Positions 44,624 to 49,081 of a stretch of DNA of 49,081 nucleotides are shown here, in pieces. Below the pieces are notes generated by a model that did not search any database, had not been told where the DNA came from, and worked only from the letters and a program-made list of their open reading frames with translations. Made by a program: the position numbers and the translations under genes. Numbering within the stretch: the stretch's first letter is position 1; each line of letters begins with the position of its first letter. The stretch is from a virus (Duplodnaviria > Caudoviricetes), in IMG/VR virus record IMGVR_UViG_3300033485_000021, positions 1-49,081 of that record; one strand, written 5' to 3'.

Positions 44624-45975
44624 CCAAGTCGCGCGGCATCGGCAGGGGCGGCCCGCGGACGGTGACGCCGCCGACGCGGCGCGACGTCAAGATCCGGCTC
44701 TACACGCCCCATCCCGGCCAGATGCGCCTGCACTCCTCGACGGCGCGCTTCCGGCTCGCCGTCTGCGGCCGGCGCTGGGGCAAGACCTACGCCGCCGCCA
44801 ACGAGATCGCCAAGTTCTGCTGGGAGAACCCCGAGTGGCACGGCCTCGACGGTCGGCAGGCGGCGGTGCCGACGATGACGTGGTGGATCGCCCCGACCTA
44901 CGGGCAGAGCGTCAAGGCGTTCACCGTCATCACCCAGATGTTCGCCGGCGCCATAGCCTCGAAGAAGTCGGCCGTGGGACAGATGAAGGTGGTCTGGAAG
45001 AACGGCGCCGTGACCGAGTTCCAGTCGGCCGAACGCTACGACAACCTGCGCGGTGAGGGCGTGCGCTTCATGGTCATCGATGAGGCGGCGATGGTGAGCA
45101 AGTCGGCCTGGACGGAGGTGCTGCGCCCGATGCTCACCGACACGATGGGCCGCGCCCTGATCATCAGTACGCCCAAGGGGCGCAACTGGTTCTACGAACT
45201 CTACCAGCGCGGCATCGATCCCGAGCAGACCGACTACGAGAGCTTCTCATTTCCGACGTCTTCGAGCCCCTACATCGAGAACTCAGAGGTCGAAGAGGCA
45301 CGCCTCACCCTGCCAGAGGACACCTTCGCCCAGGAGTACCTCGGCGCCTTCCTCGATGAGGCTGCCGGCGTCTTCCACGGCATAGACGACTGCATCTACG
45401 GGGAACTCGAGGAGCCACTCGCCGATCACAAGTACGTCATCGGCTGGGACATCGCCAAGAAGGCTGACTTCTCGGTGGTGACCGTCATCGACACAGACCA
45501 CTACCGTGACACGGTGCCGGTTCCCCACGTCGCCTCCTTCGACCGCTTCAACACGCTGTCCTACACCGTGCAGGCCGACCGCGTGCAGGAGATCGCCCGC
45601 AAGTACCACACCTACGTCCTGCTCGACTCTACAGGACTGGGCGATCCGGTCTACGACATGCTCTGCGCCCGCGGCGTGCCCTGCTACCCCTACGTCTTCA
45701 CCAGCCGCTCGAAGGAGATGCTGGTGCAGAACCTGGCGATCGACATCCAGAGCAAGAGCATCTCCTATCCCGACATCCCTAACCTTCTACATGAGCTTCA
45801 CAGTTACCAGTACACCCTCGGGCCGACCGGGAGACTGAGCTACTCGGCGCCCGAGGGCGACCACGACGACTGCGTGGTCAGCCTCGCCCTGGCCGACTGG
45901 GCGGCGCGTCATCCAGCGTGGCTCGCGGAGCCGACGCTGTTCTACGAGGACGACGAGATCATCAGCCCTATCTGA
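44620..45975 (+). CDS. terL: terminase large subunit
   Basis: GRRWGKT Walker A, VIDEAA Walker B, ISTPKG, IGWDIA and HDDCVVSLALA nuclease motifs. Confidence 0.95.
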   Translation: MTKSRGIGRGGPRTVTPPTRRDVKIRLYTPHPGQMRLHSSTARFRLAVCGRRWGKTYAAANEIAKFCWENPEWHGLDGRQAAVPTMTWWIAPTYGQSVKAFTVITQMFAGAIASKKSAVGQMKVVWKNGAVTEFQSAERYDNLRGEGVRFMVIDEAAMVSKSAWTEVLRPMLTDTMGRALIISTPKGRNWFYELYQRGIDPEQTDYESFSFPTSSSPYIENSEVEEARLTLPEDTFAQEYLGAFLDEAAGVFHGIDDCIYGELEEPLADHKYVIGWDIAKKADFSVVTVIDTDHYRDTVPVPHVASFDRFNTLSYTVQADRVQEIARKYHTYVLLDSTGLGDPVYDMLCARGVPCYPYVFTSRSKEMLVQNLAIDIQSKSISYPDIPNLLHELHSYQYTLGPTGRLSYSAPEGDHDDCVVSLALADWAARHPAWLAEPTLFYEDDEIISPI

Positions 45976-46073
45976 CGTCCGCTGAAGGGTGTAGACTTCC
46001 GGCGCCGAAGAAGAGAAGTCCCCGCGCCGCTCACACGGCCGGGGACGTGGACGACCTACACAGGAGGTCAATC

Positions 46074-46136
46074 GTGAAGGATTCTACCACCCCAGCCTCG
46101 CGGAAGTCAGCAACCCCGTTGGTTCACGACACATGA
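46074..46136 (+). CDS. 20-aa leader ORF coupled to the replication initiator
   Basis: AGGAGGT SD and GTG start. Its stop overlaps the initiator ATG (ATGA). Confidence 0.45.
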   Translation: MKDSTTPASRKSATPLVHDT

Positions 46137-46990
46137 GCCGGCAGCGCATGATCCGGCCCGAGTTCTTCACCGACGCCGACCTCCTCGAACTCCCGCCCCT
46201 CACCCGCCTGCTGTTCATCGGACTGTGGACGCTGGCCGACCGGGAGGGCCGGCTGCGCGACCGCCCGAAGAACATCAAGTTGGCCGTTCTCCCCGGCGAC
46301 GACGGCGACGTCGATGCCATGCTGGACGACCTCGAGCGCGCCGGATCGATACGCCGTTACGAGGTCGATGGAGAGCACCTCATCGACATCCCCGGTTTCG
46401 TCACCTACCAGCACTGCCACTTCCGCGAAGCGGCATCAACGCTCCCGCCGTTCAAGTTTACCCGCGCTAAGAAAGTGCCCAATAGCAGGGAAGCCCAAGG
46501 CCAGCCCGAGGCTAACCCTATGCCAGCCCTAGGCCAGCCCGTAGCTTCTACTTCTGCTTCTACATCTACATCTACATCAGAGAAGACCTTAAAAGCATTG
46601 TCGCTTCGCAGCGACGACAGACAGAAATCACCGCCCGACGATGGCTTTGACAAGTTCTGGAACCGTTACCCCAAGAAGGCCGGCAAGAAGGACGCCCATG
46701 TCCGCTGGCGCAAGATGGACGCCGGCCAGCGCGAACGGGCCTACTACGTCGCGGAGGCGATCGCCTTCGCCGTCGCCAACGGCTACCGGGAAATGGAGTT
46801 CGTGCCGATGGGTTCGACCTTCCTCAACAGCGAACGCTACGAGGACTGGTACGACGAGAAGGGCGAGATGATCGTCCCTGGCGACTACTCCCCCGGGGGC
46901 AACGGCAAGGGGCGCAAGAAACAGCGCGACATCGACGCCAGCATCGTCCGCGCCATGAACAGCATCGACTGGCCCGAGGAGGAGTCGTGA
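46133..46990 (+). CDS. phage replication initiator / replisome organiser
   Basis: R.R.IRPEFFTD...RLLFIGLW..ADREGR N-terminus, STST linker, FDKFW..YPKK.GKK.A and STFLN.ERYED. Confidence 0.85.
   Translation: MSRQRMIRPEFFTDADLLELPPLTRLLFIGLWTLADREGRLRDRPKNIKLAVLPGDDGDVDAMLDDLERAGSIRRYEVDGEHLIDIPGFVTYQHCHFREAASTLPPFKFTRAKKVPNSREAQGQPEANPMPALGQPVASTSASTSTSTSEKTLKALSLRSDDRQKSPPDDGFDKFWNRYPKKAGKKDAHVRWRKMDAGQRERAYYVAEAIAFAVANGYREMEFVPMGSTFLNSERYEDWYDEKGEMIVPGDYSPGGNGKGRKKQRDIDASIVRAMNSIDWPEEES
46487..46579 (+). repeat. iterons and AT-richer tract, putative replication origin
   Basis: Five 11-bp units (AGGCCAGCCCG consensus) followed by TCTACW hexamer repeats. Confidence 0.65.
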
Positions 46991-47247
46991 GCGACCTGAT
47001 ACCGAACTGCTCCACCTGTAAGTTCTGGTGGTGGCCGTTCAACGGGCAGGAGGAGATGGAGCGCCTCGGCTACGATCCCGACCCTAAGAACTACGCGGGG
47101 GCAGTCCGTATTTCCTACATTGACGCTCCCGGCGACTGCCGCAGGCACGCCCCTGCTGAAATGGAGGACGATGGTGCAGCCATGTGGCCGAGGACGTGGG
47201 CTGCGGCGGGCTGCGGTGACCACCAACCACCCGAGGAGGAGTCGTGA
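46987..47247 (+). CDS. hypothetical Cys-containing protein (86 aa)
   Basis: CxxC..CRR..P..CG.H. Flanked by 19-bp direct repeats. Confidence 0.65.
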   Translation: MSDLIPNCSTCKFWWWPFNGQEEMERLGYDPDPKNYAGAVRISYIDAPGDCRRHAPAEMEDDGAAMWPRTWAAAGCGDHQPPEEES

Positions 47248-47771
47248 GAAAGCAAGACGCCGCCCTGCTGCTGCGCCGGCTCAAGGTGCTCTGGCCCCGC
47301 GAACTGCCCGAGGGCACCGACGAGGAGTGGCTGCGCGTCTTCGCGCCGCTCGAGGCGTCCTTGGGTGATGTGGCGCTCAACGAGATGCGCGACACGCTGA
47401 TGTTCCCGCCCACCGTGGCCGACTTCCGCAGCGCCTACTACCTCGCCCTTTCCTTCCCCACCGGCGTGCTCGCCCTGCCCGCCGGCGCCGGCGGCGATCC
47501 CGAGGAGAGCCTGCGCGACGTCTACGGCGAGAACCAGAGCACCTGGGTCTACTGCTGGCGCTGCGACATGGCGCTCACCCTCGAGGAGCGCGAGAGCGCC
47601 AAGCTCAGCGGCTACGACGCGAGCCGCGGCCTCTACCACCACCGCTGCCCGAAGAAGGGCAGCGCGCCGAGCATCCCGGCCAAGGAGCGCGTCGAGCGCA
47701 ACGAGTACTACGACAAGCGCCGCATCGCGGTCGGGCCGAACGTCGATCCGGTGCCCTACACGGGGGCTTGA
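47244..47771 (+). CDS. helicase loader/inhibitor (G39P-like) with a Zn-finger extension
   Basis: W...F..L..V...L....FPPTVADFR motif. Downstream of the initiator. Confidence 0.6.
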   Translation: MRKQDAALLLRRLKVLWPRELPEGTDEEWLRVFAPLEASLGDVALNEMRDTLMFPPTVADFRSAYYLALSFPTGVLALPAGAGGDPEESLRDVYGENQSTWVYCWRCDMALTLEERESAKLSGYDASRGLYHHRCPKKGSAPSIPAKERVERNEYYDKRRIAVGPNVDPVPYTGA

Positions 47772-47819
47772 CAGACCACGTACCAGCAACCCCTTGCGGG
47801 GTGTGTATGATGACTGGCC

Positions 47820-49081
47820 GTGGGAGTACTGGCGACGATCTTCGGTGGCAACGGCGCTGCGCTCGAGGCAGCGGAGGCCGACGACACCCTGAAGCGCCTC
47901 GTCCTCGAGGTCGCCGCGATGAGCGACAACGAGGAGATCTACCAGGAGCGCATCGCCGAGCTTGAGTTCGCCATCGAGGACGCCGACTGGACGCAACTCG
48001 GCGGCATGGAGAGCGGCTTCCAGTTCAACCGCGCCGCGCTCGACAAGATCATCCACCTCTCCCGCCTCTACTACCTCAAGAACCCCTCCATCAAGCGCCC
48101 CGTGGACTTGCAGGCCGTCTACGTCTGGGCGCAGGGCGTCTCCATCTTCAGCAACGAAGAGGCCGTCGATGACGTCATCCAGGCGTTCCTCGATGACCCG
48201 TCGAACCGCCGCAGCCTGTCGAGTAACGACGCCCTCATGGATCAGGAGCGCCGGCTGCGCGTCGATGGCAACCTCTTCTACCGTTTCTTCACCAACCCGA
48301 CCAGCGGCCGCGTCCAGGTGCGGAAGCTCCCCGTGGACGAGATGCGCGCCGTCTACTGCAACCCCGAAGACCACGACGAGCCCTGGTTCTACATCCGCAA
48401 GTTCCGAAAGAGCGGCCAGGACGTCACCGTCGCCTACCCTGATTGGCGGTACGCGCGAGCCCGCAAGGTCGAGGACTCCTCAGACCCATTTGCCGGCCGC
48501 AGTGGCGTACGCATGGACGTCCTGGCCGACTACCCCGACGCGGTCATCGAGTGGGACACCCCGGTGATGCACCGCAAGACCGGCGGCTTCGGCGACATGG
48601 ACTTCGGCGTCCCCGAGACGTACGCCTCGATCGACTGGGCGCGGGCCTACAAGGAACTGCTCGAGAGCTACAAGAAGGTCATCAACTCGCTGGCGCGTTG
48701 GGCCTGGAAGATGAAGGCCGCCGGCGGGCAGGCGCAACTCAACGCCGCCGCCAGCGCGCTGGGCACCACCTTCGGCACCACCAGCGACGACCTCATCGAG
48801 ACGAACGCGGCCCCGGTCGCCGGCTCGATCTGGGGCTACACCGGCGACTCGGACATGCGCCCCGTGGACGTCAGTAAGGCGTACGTCGATCCTGACGGCT
48901 TCCGCAGAGTCCTGCTCATGGTCGCCGCCGGCATGGGGATGCCCGAGGTCTACTATGGCGCCGCCGAGGGCACCTTCGCCACCGCCAAGGCGATGGACAG
49001 GCCGACCGAACTCTCCTTCCTCGCACGGCAGGCGATGTGGGCCGAGGTGCTCTCCGACATGATCCTCATCGCCGTCGAGGC
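47820..49081 (+). CDS. portal protein (3'-truncated; absent from the ORF track because it has no stop)
   Basis: Open frame MGVLATIFGG...SRLYYLKNPSIKR..DGNLF..NPED..GVPETYA.IDWA..Y..ATAKAMDRPTEL.F..RQ. Confidence 0.85.
   Translation, partial: MGVLATIFGGNGAALEAAEADDTLKRLVLEVAAMSDNEEIYQERIAELEFAIEDADWTQLGGMESGFQFNRAALDKIIHLSRLYYLKNPSIKRPVDLQAVYVWAQGVSIFSNEEAVDDVIQAFLDDPSNRRSLSSNDALMDQERRLRVDGNLFYRFFTNPTSGRVQVRKLPVDEMRAVYCNPEDHDEPWFYIRKFRKSGQDVTVAYPDWRYARARKVEDSSDPFAGRSGVRMDVLADYPDAVIEWDTPVMHRKTGGFGDMDFGVPETYASIDWARAYKELLESYKKVINSLARWAWKMKAAGGQAQLNAAASALGTTFGTTSDDLIETNAAPVAGSIWGYTGDSDMRPVDVSKAYVDPDGFRRVLLMVAAGMGMPEVYYGAAEGTFATAKAMDRPTELSFLARQAMWAEVLSDMILIAVE

Noticed and set aside
47768-48877. 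ORF-track calls over the window end
   Set aside because: The real gene is the unterminated portal frame from 47820.
1-49081. tRNA, rRNA, IS elements, intron or intein in terL
   Set aside because: None recognisable by eye, and terL has normal length and motif spacing. tRNAscan/Infernal were not run.

Overview
A high-GC, siphovirus-like phage or prophage genome, apparently close to complete and circularly permuted: it opens inside an Ala/Thr/Val-repeat gene and ends inside the portal gene. Gene order: two large repeat proteins, head genes (MuF, protease/scaffold, two DUF2190-like cement paralogs, capsid), neck and tail genes (two tail-tube paralogs, frameshifted chaperone, tape measure, two Dit-like paralogs, multidomain fibre), lysis genes (amidase, SLT-like enzyme, holin), a rightward recombination/methylation block (YqaJ, Bet, VRR-NUC, C5 methyltransferase with a nested beta-subunit ORF), a leftward block with a host-like XerC/D recombinase and small genes, a repeat-rich probable packaging region, terS/terL, a replication module between terL and portal, and portal. 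The main candidate novelty is an intergenic double-hairpin RNA (about 26370-26445). Its loop is the exact antisense of a 10-nt extended Shine-Dalgarno (GAAAGGGGAC) that precedes eight genes, and no CI repressor is recognisable in the window. A second theme is three plain-plus-decorated paralog pairs of virion proteins. All family assignments come from motif recognition by eye, not database searches. An actinobacterial host is only an inference.
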